64,000 nucleotides of DNA. Origin: Clostridia bacterium (GTDB lineage Bacteria > Bacillota > Clostridia > Oscillospirales > RGIG577). Shown here piece after piece: positions 56,525 through 64,000 of this stretch. The stretch's first letter is position 1, and each line of letters opens with the position of its first letter. The DNA is taken from positions 25,042 through 89,041 of the forward strand of contig JAFQZS010000005.1 in NCBI GenBank assembly GCA_017405765.1, read 5' to 3'. A model generated the notes under the pieces. That model was given only the letters and a program-made list of their open reading frames with translations, ran no database searches and was not told where the DNA came from. The position numbers and the translations under genes are program-made.

Positions 56525-57364
56525 ATGATGAAGGTAACGAGAGCTGAGATGAAAAGGAACGCGAAGGCCTCGCTGAAAGGGCGCTGGGGCCTTGCGATAG
56601 GGGTCACGGTATTATTCACTGCTATAATCCTCATTTTGAGCTGGATAGTGCAGATGCCGTTTAAGGAAGAGCTTGACCTCTACACATACTATATGCTTAA
56701 CGGGATAGAGTTTGAGCCGGACCCCGCCGTTATGAGCGGATATTACATCCTCACTATAATTATGGACATAGTGATATCGCCCATAGTTATCGGCGTGATG
56801 GTCGTGTTCATGCGCATTTCACGCGGGCAGGAGGCGCGCGTGGGCGATATGTTCACTCCGATAAGCAGGTTTTTAAAGATAGCGGGACTTTTCCTTTTGG
56901 TATTTATTAAAACGTTTTTATGGACGCTTTTATTTATAATCCCCGGCATAATTGCGGCGTACAGATACTCGATGGCGTTTTATATCATGGCGGAAAACCC
57001 TGATATAGGAATAGTGGAAGCCATTGAACGCTCCAAAGTCATGATGAAGGGCAACAAATGGCGCCTTTTCGTGCTGCAGCTCAGCTTTATAGGCTGGATG
57101 CTTCTCGCGCCGTTCACCTTCGGTATACTGCTTTTGTGGCTCTTACCGTATATGGAGACGACGTTCATGAACTTCTACAATGCGCTTATTTTGGAGCAGA
57201 GCGCGCGCATCGATATAGGAACGCCGAACGCCGAAGGTCAGTCGTTCGGCGGCGGACAGAATGAAAACAGGGGATATGACGAAACGGACCGCTATGACAG
57301 AGACGGCGACCGGGGCGACAAGTATTCGGAATCTGAAGATGCGGACGACAAAAACGACTGGTAA
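56525..57364 (+). CDS. DUF975-family integral membrane protein with acidic C-terminal tail
   Basis: N-terminus KRNAKASLKGRWGLAIGVTVLF is typical of DUF975. About 5 TM segments. C-terminus is D/E/R-rich. Confidence 0.65.
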   Translation: MMKVTRAEMKRNAKASLKGRWGLAIGVTVLFTAIILILSWIVQMPFKEELDLYTYYMLNGIEFEPDPAVMSGYYILTIIMDIVISPIVIGVMVVFMRISRGQEARVGDMFTPISRFLKIAGLFLLVFIKTFLWTLLFIIPGIIAAYRYSMAFYIMAENPDIGIVEAIERSKVMMKGNKWRLFVLQLSFIGWMLLAPFTFGILLLWLLPYMETTFMNFYNALILEQSARIDIGTPNAEGQSFGGGQNENRGYDETDRYDRDGDRGDKYSESEDADDKNDW

Positions 57365-57393
57365 AGCATTTTTGGTCTGAAAGGAGAGGGACT

Positions 57394-59109
57394 ATGGATC
57401 ATATGAAAAAATATAATACGTGGCTTGCATCCGTAAAAGACGAGGCGATCCTTAAAGAGCTGCGTATGATGGCAAAAGACGACGGGGAGATAAGTCAGAG
57501 ATTCGGGCGCAGTCTTCAGTTTGGCACGGCGGGACTTCGAGGCATAATGGGAGCCGGCACTTCGCGCATGAATATATATACCGTAGGTCACGCAACGCAG
57601 GCAATGGCAAGGCTTATAATGTCAAACGGCAGCGAGGCCATGGCGCGCGGCGTGTGCATAGCTTACGACAGCCGCAGACACTCGGAAGAATTTGCGCGTC
57701 ATGCCGCCTGCGTACTTGCGGCAAACGGCGTAAAGACTTATATTTTCGAGTCGCTCCGCCCAACGCCGGAGCTTTCGTTCGCAGTGAGATACAAAAACGC
57801 GATAGCAGGTATAAATATAACTGCAAGCCATAATCCGAAGGAGTACAACGGATATAAGGCTTACTGGGAAGACGGCGCACAGATGTCGCTTGAAAATTCG
57901 AAAAAAGTATCGGACATAATGGAAGCGACAGACATTTTTTCGGATGTCAGAGCTGTCGATTTTGATACGGCTCTCGGCAAAGGGATAATAGAGCTTTTGG
58001 GTCGTGAAACAGACGAGGCGTATCTTAAGTGCGTTCTTTCGGAGGCCGTGGATATTACAGATGTTGAAAAAGCCGAGCTCAAAGTAGTATATACGCCGTT
58101 TCACGGCGCGGGGTATAAGCTCGTGCCCGAGGTGCTCGGGCGTATAGGAGTAAAGAATATCATTCCGGTCGAGGCTCAGTTTATGCCGGACGGCGATTTT
58201 CCCACGGTAAAATCGCCGAACCCCGAAAATCCGGAGAGCTTTGAACTGGCGCAGAGGCTTGCCGAAAGCGCACACGCCGATATCGTGATAGGCACGGACC
58301 CCGATTCGGACAGGATAGGCGTGCTTGCGCCGCGCGGGGGAGAGTATTGCCATTTGAACGGAAATCAGGTGGGCGTGCTGCTTTTGGATTATGTTATTAA
58401 GGGATTAAAAAGACAGGGCAAAATGCCTGCGCATCCTGCGGCGATAAAAACGATAGTAAGCTCCGAGCTGTTTAGACGCATTGCCGAAAAAAACGGAGTT
58501 AAGCTTTTTGAGGTGCTTACGGGCTTTAAGTTTATCGGCGAAAAGATACTCCAGTTCGATAATACGAAAGAATACGAATATATATTCGGCTATGAGGAAA
58601 GCTACGGCTATTTAAAGGGCACATACTGCCGCGACAAGGACGCCGTTGTATCTGCTATGCTCGTGTGCGAAGCGGCGGCGCATTACAAGATGCGCGGCAT
58701 GACGCTTTGGGACGCGCTCGATAAAATATATGACGAATACGGCTGTTCTCTGGAAGGGATAATAAACGTGACAGATCCTGCATTCGTTACGCCTGCCCAG
58801 ATGGGCGAGGTCATGGCGCGTATAAGGAAAAACACGCCCGAGAGTATCGGCGGATACAGGGTCTTTGCGGTGCGCGATTATAAAAAGGGCATTCGCCGCG
58901 ATATGGCAACGGGAGAAGAGACGCGCCTTAAGCTTCCCAAGTCCGATGTGCTTTACTATGAGCTCTCCGACGACTCGCGGTTTATTATGCGCCCGTCCGG
59001 TACTGAGCCTAAGGTAAAAATATATTTCCTCGTAAACGGAAAGGACACGGATGAGTGCGAGGCGAAGATAGAGCGGTTCAAGGCTTACGCCCGTGAGATA
59101 ATAAAGTAG
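57394..59109 (+). CDS. Phosphoglucomutase/phosphomannomutase (alpha-D-phosphohexomutase)
   Basis: 571 aa with active-site TASHNPKEYNGYK, metal loop GTDPDSDR and sugar-binding GYEESYG. Confidence 0.9.
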   Translation: MDHMKKYNTWLASVKDEAILKELRMMAKDDGEISQRFGRSLQFGTAGLRGIMGAGTSRMNIYTVGHATQAMARLIMSNGSEAMARGVCIAYDSRRHSEEFARHAACVLAANGVKTYIFESLRPTPELSFAVRYKNAIAGINITASHNPKEYNGYKAYWEDGAQMSLENSKKVSDIMEATDIFSDVRAVDFDTALGKGIIELLGRETDEAYLKCVLSEAVDITDVEKAELKVVYTPFHGAGYKLVPEVLGRIGVKNIIPVEAQFMPDGDFPTVKSPNPENPESFELAQRLAESAHADIVIGTDPDSDRIGVLAPRGGEYCHLNGNQVGVLLLDYVIKGLKRQGKMPAHPAAIKTIVSSELFRRIAEKNGVKLFEVLTGFKFIGEKILQFDNTKEYEYIFGYEESYGYLKGTYCRDKDAVVSAMLVCEAAAHYKMRGMTLWDALDKIYDEYGCSLEGIINVTDPAFVTPAQMGEVMARIRKNTPESIGGYRVFAVRDYKKGIRRDMATGEETRLKLPKSDVLYYELSDDSRFIMRPSGTEPKVKIYFLVNGKDTDECEAKIERFKAYAREIIK

Positions 59110-59148
59110 GCTTTGAGATCCATTTTAATATGTTTTCTGCATTTAAAT

Positions 59149-59180
59149 AAGGCGGACGCTTTTTTGCGCCCGCCTTAAAA
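59149..59180. terminator. Bidirectional terminator between the phosphohexomutase gene and yebC
   Basis: AAGGCGG...CCGCCTT with T-rich and A-rich flanks. Confidence 0.6.
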
Positions 59181-59188
59181 GCATCATC

Positions 59189-59920
59189 TTATTCCGGCTC
59201 GTTTTCCATGTTGTGATAAACGTTCTGTACATCGTCGTTGTCGTCGAGCATCTCAAGGAGCTTTCGCATTGATTCTATGTCGTCTTCGCTTTCGACGGTG
59301 ATGTAATTCTGGGGCACCATCTCTATCTCGGCATATTCCGTAGCGAAGCCCGCATCGGAAAGGCCTGCTCTCACCGCGTCGAAATCTTCGGGAGCCGTGA
59401 GTATCTCATAGGATCCATCCTCTGTCGAAAAGTCGAGCGCGCCCGCATCGAGCGCCGCCATCATAACGTCGTCTTCGCTGCCTGCATCGGCCGATACAAC
59501 GATGACGCCGCGTTTATCGAACTGCCACGACACCGCTCCGGGAGCGGCAAGTCCTGCGCCGAATTTGTCAAAATAGTGGCGCATTTCGCCTGCAGTACGG
59601 TTTTTATTGTCTGTAAGCGTTTCCACGATTATGCCGACGCCGCTTTTGCCGTAGCCCTCATATGTCATCGATTCGTAATTGTTGGAATCCTTGCCCTCCT
59701 GCGCGCGCTTTAAGAGACGCTCTATATTGTCGTTAGGCACGTTGTTCTGCTTTGCCTTGGCGATAAGGTCTCTGAGCTTGGAGTTGGAGGCGGGATCTGC
59801 GCCGCCGTCTCGTATTACTATTATCATTTCTTTTGATATCTTAGTAAAAACCTTTGCTCGCTGGGCGTCCGTTTTGCCCTTTTTATGCATTATATTTTTC
59901 CATTTGGAGTGTCCAGACAT
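59189..59920 (-). CDS. yebC: YebC/PmpR-family transcriptional regulator
   Basis: MSGHSKWKNIMHKKGKTDAQRAKVFTK... Confidence 0.9.
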   Translation of the reverse strand: MSGHSKWKNIMHKKGKTDAQRAKVFTKISKEMIIVIRDGGADPASNSKLRDLIAKAKQNNVPNDNIERLLKRAQEGKDSNNYESMTYEGYGKSGVGIIVETLTDNKNRTAGEMRHYFDKFGAGLAAPGAVSWQFDKRGVIVVSADAGSEDDVMMAALDAGALDFSTEDGSYEILTAPEDFDAVRAGLSDAGFATEYAEIEMVPQNYITVESEDDIESMRKLLEMLDDNDDVQNVYHNMENEPE

Positions 59921-60061
59921 TCATTTTCCCACCTTAATTTTATTCATAAAGTCATTTTAACATAGAAACATGTTTATTTTCAAGTGAAAAAGAGTCCTGA
60001 TGCGAGAGAACGTGTATTTTCTGACATTTTCACGGCAGTCGGCGCGTGCAGGCGCAGCGTA

Positions 60062-61039
60062 TTAGAATAAACTGCATACGGGCCTGCGTGCGCTTATGCG
60101 CGAAGATGCAGTTACATACGCTTTTTTTACCGTGTCGTAATACAGCCTGTCGAATGTAAAAAGACCGTATCCGTAGCTTTCGTCACGCCCGATGTCTCCC
60201 AGGTTTTCGGCATACATATGTAAAAGCAGCCTTATCTCCGAAGGCGTGAGCCTGCGCCCGTAGCGGACACGCGCTTTTGCCTGAAGCAGCGCTATTGAGC
60301 CGGTAATAACAGGCGTAGCCATAGATGTGCCGGAAAGCGTTGCGTATGCGTTGCCCTTGTAGCAGGAATATATATCGGTGCCGGCGGCGCAGACCTCGGC
60401 CTTTTTGCCGGCTGTGGAGAACGGCGCCCGCCGCTTTTTGATATCGACTGCCGTTACGGCAACGCATTCCTCAAAGCGCGCGGGATAGCCCATCATATTT
60501 GCTCCCTCGCCGTCGTTGCCGGCCGCAGATACGATGCAAATGCCGCGCTCATACGCCATACGTATAAGCGCGGCGAAACGTTTTGTTGTGCGCGAGGCAC
60601 AGAAGGACATGTTGATAACGTGAACATCCAGGGAGATGAGCCATTCCAGCGCGCGCTCCACATTTTCTATTTTTGCGCTGCCGTCCGCCTCAAACGCGCG
60701 CGCGACGTAAAGCGAGCACAGGGGAGCTACTCCTACCACGCCTACGCCGTTCTGCCTTGCCGCTATTATGCCCGCGACGTGTGTGCCGTGGCCGTTTGGG
60801 TCGGCGGGGAGCGCTTCGCATGCGCTTGTAAAATCGCGGTTTTCAGCGACTGCGCCCAAAAGGTCCTCGTGGTCAGATTCGGCGCCCGTATCTATCACGC
60901 CCACGCGTATGCCCGCGCCGCCCTGCGTTTCCTCCCATTCGAGCGGCGCGCCCACCATCTGCACGCCGTAGTCTATCACTTCTTTTTTGCCGTTTGTCGA
61001 TATTTTGACCACGCCGAAGTCGGTAAGTTTAAAGCACAT
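60062..61039 (-). CDS. S8 (subtilisin-like) serine peptidase without a recognisable signal peptide
   Basis: Catalytic triad contexts VGVIDTGAESDH (Asp), HGTHVAGIIAA (His) and SGTSMATPVITG (Ser). Only ~45 residues precede the Asp, with no hydrophobic leader. Confidence 0.85.
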   Translation of the reverse strand: MCFKLTDFGVVKISTNGKKEVIDYGVQMVGAPLEWEETQGGAGIRVGVIDTGAESDHEDLLGAVAENRDFTSACEALPADPNGHGTHVAGIIAARQNGVGVVGVAPLCSLYVARAFEADGSAKIENVERALEWLISLDVHVINMSFCASRTTKRFAALIRMAYERGICIVSAAGNDGEGANMMGYPARFEECVAVTAVDIKKRRAPFSTAGKKAEVCAAGTDIYSCYKGNAYATLSGTSMATPVITGSIALLQAKARVRYGRRLTPSEIRLLLHMYAENLGDIGRDESYGYGLFTFDRLYYDTVKKAYVTASSRISARRPVCSLF

Positions 61040-61107
61040 AAGACGCTCCGTTAAGTTGATAAGTCTTTTGTATAATATGTTCGCGCCAGAAAAACCGACA
61101 CCGGGTT

Positions 61108-61968
61108 TTATGATCCGTATCGCTTGAATCCTTCGCCAAACACTTCTCCCGCGCTTATTATTACGGCGAAAGAAGATGGGTCGGCATTTTTGATTATTTC
61201 TTTAAGACGCGGCGTCTCGCGTGTTTTTACCACGACCATGAGTACACTGTACTCTTCGCCCGAATACATTCCGACCGCGTTTATGGCGGTAGCGCTGCGG
61301 TGAAGCTCATTTATTATGTTTAAAGACATTTGAGTTGGCTTTTTTGTGATGATATACGCCGCTTTTGACATGTCAAAGCCCGTAAGGAGCGCGTCAATGA
61401 CCTTGGTTTCGATAAATATCTCTATCGCGGCGAAAAGCGCGGCGTTGATATCGCCGTATACGGGTATTGACAGAAGTACGACTATGCTGTCAATAATAAA
61501 TATAAGCCTGCCCATGGATATGCCCGAGCGTCGGTTTATGAGGCGCGCGGCAAGGTCGCTGCCGCCGCTCGTTGCGCCTCCGTAGAATATGAGCGACATT
61601 CCTGTGCCGGCAGCCGCGCCGCCGTAAACGGCACAGAGCGCGCGCTCATCGGTAACGGCGGGAAGAAAGTCGAGAAAATCAATGAAAAACGACATAACAA
61701 GAGTAGCGGCAAATGTTCTCAGCGTAAAATAAACGCCCATCTTTTTTGCTGCGGCAATATAGAGCGGCACGTTCATAAGCAGTACGAGACCGCCTGCCGG
61801 AAGATCCCAAAGATAATTCATAAGCGCGGCCACGCCGGTAAGGCCGCCGGGAACGACGTGCGCGGGACGCAGGAATATATTGAAGGCAAGCGCGAATGAT
61901 GCGCCGCCCAAAAATATGAGAGTATAGTTTTTAACATGGCGAAGAACTGTTTTTTTCAATGGTCCCAC
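61108..61968 (-). CDS. YitT-family membrane protein (DUF2179 C-terminal domain)
   Basis: 286 aa with 5-6 TM segments, then a soluble C-terminus ...YSVLMVVVKTRETPRLKEIIKNADPSSFAVIISAGEVFGEGF. Confidence 0.8.
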   Translation of the reverse strand: MGPLKKTVLRHVKNYTLIFLGGASFALAFNIFLRPAHVVPGGLTGVAALMNYLWDLPAGGLVLLMNVPLYIAAAKKMGVYFTLRTFAATLVMSFFIDFLDFLPAVTDERALCAVYGGAAAGTGMSLIFYGGATSGGSDLAARLINRRSGISMGRLIFIIDSIVVLLSIPVYGDINAALFAAIEIFIETKVIDALLTGFDMSKAAYIITKKPTQMSLNIINELHRSATAINAVGMYSGEEYSVLMVVVKTRETPRLKEIIKNADPSSFAVIISAGEVFGEGFKRYGS

Positions 61969-62238
61969 CTCCGTATTTATTTTTGTGCATAAGGAGAGAA
62001 TATATAAGCGAAGCGGCGGTATAAAACGGAGTTTTGATCAAAGCAAGTTTCTAAAGAGCGCGGAGCTTTGCCTTAAAGGTTTTTTAAGCTCTTGTCGGCG
62101 GTTTAGAGAAAAATCAAATGTTTTTCTTTTAAAAGCAAACTCCCTCGATTTGATTTGTACGCAAGCCTGATGTAAAATAAACCATAATGTTATGCACAGC
62201 GCGCCGCGCATTTTGCGGCAGGGAAAAAGGAGAACGAT

Positions 62239-63276
62239 ATGATGCAAAAAAGAATACTGGCCGTTTTGCTGACGGCCGTTATGGCGTGCGCACTGTTCGG
62301 ATGCGCCGCAAAGGACGGCGATACGAAAGCCGAAGAGGACGCTTCGCCAAAAAGCGGCGTTTCGCCGCAGAGCGGCGCTTCATATTATTTTATCGGCGGA
62401 AATCTTGTGGGAAGCCTTGAAAACGGCGTGTTTGTAAGTGCGGTCGATACCGAAAGAGCATACGACGATGAGCGGCGTTATCATAAATACACCTTAAAGG
62501 AATTGTTTTCGCATGGATATATTTATTTTGACCGAGACCGCGCCTGCGGAAAAGCAAACGAAGCCGCCGTGTATACGGGCGAGGGACCGGGCGGCTTCGG
62601 CGAGGATATGAGCGCGTCGTTTGCACCGTATGCGTCAAGAACGATGCAGGACGGTCCGTTTGCCGTGCTTTCGCTGCCGTGCGAGCTTACGGGGGAACTT
62701 GCCGCGACATATGCGCCGGAGTATGGGTTTTATGTAAACATATACAAGGATATCGACGATCTGTCGTATTATCCTGCGCTTGCGACCAATTACGAAGACG
62801 CGCGCCTGCCCGACGCGCTGTCGTGGGATAACGGATACTCCCGCCGCGATGAGAGAGAAATCGAAAGAACGCTTTCATATGCGGGCATAAGCTACGGCGA
62901 GGCCGATATATTAACTGTATCGGGTGATTTTGACTCCGACCAAAGAACGGAAAGCGTAATATTTGCAAACACCGCCGTTGACGCCGAGGGCTTTTTAAAG
63001 CTCGACGCCTCAAGGGACGAAGCGCCCTTCGGCCTTATTCTTTTTTGCGACGACAATGAGGAATACGAGACAGTATACCTTCGCACGGGAGAGCCGCTTT
63101 CAGATGTGACCGAGCATTTTCGCATACTTCCCGTGGGTATTTTCGACCTCGACGGCGACGGCGATTTTGAAATAGCAGCCGCGTCGCATGAATGGGAATG
63201 GGGCTCGACATTTGTGCTTTCAAGAAACGACGCGGGAGCATGGGACATAGTTATGACTGCCGAATGGGGCACTTGA
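62239..63276 (+). CDS. Lipoprotein of unknown function with C-terminal FG-GAP/VCBS-like Asp-Gly motif
   Basis: Lipobox ACALFGC after MMQKRILAVLLTAVM. Also FDLDGDGDFEIAAASHEW. SD AAAGGAGA upstream. Confidence 0.6.
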   Translation: MMQKRILAVLLTAVMACALFGCAAKDGDTKAEEDASPKSGVSPQSGASYYFIGGNLVGSLENGVFVSAVDTERAYDDERRYHKYTLKELFSHGYIYFDRDRACGKANEAAVYTGEGPGGFGEDMSASFAPYASRTMQDGPFAVLSLPCELTGELAATYAPEYGFYVNIYKDIDDLSYYPALATNYEDARLPDALSWDNGYSRRDEREIERTLSYAGISYGEADILTVSGDFDSDQRTESVIFANTAVDAEGFLKLDASRDEAPFGLILFCDDNEEYETVYLRTGEPLSDVTEHFRILPVGIFDLDGDGDFEIAAASHEWEWGSTFVLSRNDAGAWDIVMTAEWGT

Positions 63277-63335
63277 CTCAGGGTTTCGCGTTGAGGTATG
63301 ATCTTTTTAGAAGCTCTTTTACCGGAGGATATATT

Positions 63336-64000
63336 ATGTCAACAAAACATGACGTGCTCGATATTTTAAAAAAGAATACAGACCGCGAAATGTCCGGCCA
63401 GCAGATAGCCGATATTTTGGGCTTATCACGCGCCGCCGTTTGGAAGGCCGTAAAAGCGCTGAGGAGCGAGGGCTTTGAAATAGAAGCGGCAACAAAGCGC
63501 GGATATGTTTTAAAGGGCGGTGCGGACGAGCTTTCATCACAGAATGTGAGAAGTTTTCTTCCGGATAAATATAAGGATATAAGCCTTAATGTGTTAAAAA
63601 GCGTAGATTCGACAAATACGCGCTTAAAGGAGATGGCCGCCTCGGGCGCGCCGTCAGAGAGCGTGCTGATAGCGCAGACGCAGACAGCGGGACGCGGCCG
63701 TCAGGGAAGGAGCTTTTATTCTCCGCCGAATACGGGACTTTATATGAGCATATTATTAAGGCCGAAGGGCAGTTTTAATGACGCGCAGCTTGCAACTATA
63801 CGCGCCGCCGTAGCGGTAAGGCGCGCGCTGTTTAACACTGTCGGCATAGAAAGCGAGATAAAGTGGGTAAACGACGTATATTACAAAAATAAGAAGGTAT
63901 GCGGCATACTTACAGAAGCCGCAATGGATTTTGAGAGCCAAGGAGTAGATTATCTGGTAACCGGTATAGGAATAAACTGCACTACAAAGGAGGAGCAGTT
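63336..64000 (+). CDS. birA: Bifunctional biotin--[acetyl-CoA-carboxylase] ligase / biotin operon repressor (3' end outside window)
   Basis: Not in the ORF track because there is no stop in the window. My own translation from ATG 63336 (GGAGG at 63324) gives MSTKHDVLDILKK...SGQQIADILGLSRAAVWKAVKALRSEG (HTH), ...QTAGRGRQGRSFYSP... and KWVNDVYYKNKKVCGILTE. Confidence 0.9.
   Translation, partial: MSTKHDVLDILKKNTDREMSGQQIADILGLSRAAVWKAVKALRSEGFEIEAATKRGYVLKGGADELSSQNVRSFLPDKYKDISLNVLKSVDSTNTRLKEMAASGAPSESVLIAQTQTAGRGRQGRSFYSPPNTGLYMSILLRPKGSFNDAQLATIRAAVAVRRALFNTVGIESEIKWVNDVYYKNKKVCGILTEAAMDFESQGVDYLVTGIGINCTTKEEQ

Noticed and set aside
57622-58353. 243-aa minus-strand ORF antisense to the phosphohexomutase gene
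   Set aside because: A shadow ORF within a gene that has clear active-site motifs. There is no independent support.

Overview
This 64-kb window looks like the chromosome of a spore-forming Firmicute, probably Clostridia-like. Supporting evidence is spoIID, SLH domains, GTP-type PEPCK, a dnaD/dnaI pair, and yabE-ksgA and glmU-prs-pth-mfd synteny. I call about 54 protein genes. I saw no rRNA, tRNA, CRISPR array, transposase or integrase. Bases 1-16200 form one plus-strand, visibly AT-rich glycopolymer locus of the ABC-transporter-dependent type. It holds three CgeB-like glycosyltransferase modules, a GT2 module, a Wzm/TagG-like permease, a Wzt/TagH-like ATPase, two tandem alpha/beta-hydrolase paralogs, a heparinase II/III-like protein, wecB and glmS. 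The main finding is an ~80-aa C-terminal module with a Y_Y_Y / triple-tyrosine-like motif pattern. It occurs seven times in six consecutive proteins, including the exporter ATPase and a 191-aa protein made only of two copies. This suggests a shared glycan-recognition or docking tag that couples synthesis, modification and export. The rest of the window is mostly housekeeping: pck, rsmA, rplM-rpsI, trmL-pgk-tpiA-gpmI-eno, secG-rnr-glmU-prs, pth-mfd, dnaD/dnaI, citrate synthase, ilvE, yebC and birA. Several accessory oddities are interspersed: (1) an SLH-anchored EndA-like nuclease; (2) a membrane-anchored serpin; (3) an orphan 4-hydroxybutyryl-CoA dehydratase with a divergent TetR gene; (4) a thiW cassette between spoIID and a SpoIIQ-like M23 gene, whose leader is a small terminator-embedded hairpin rather than a TPP riboswitch; (5) an E1 alpha/beta 2-oxoacid dehydrogenase operon with only a free-standing lipoyl domain. 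All calls rest on reading the sequence and recognising motifs. No database search was run.
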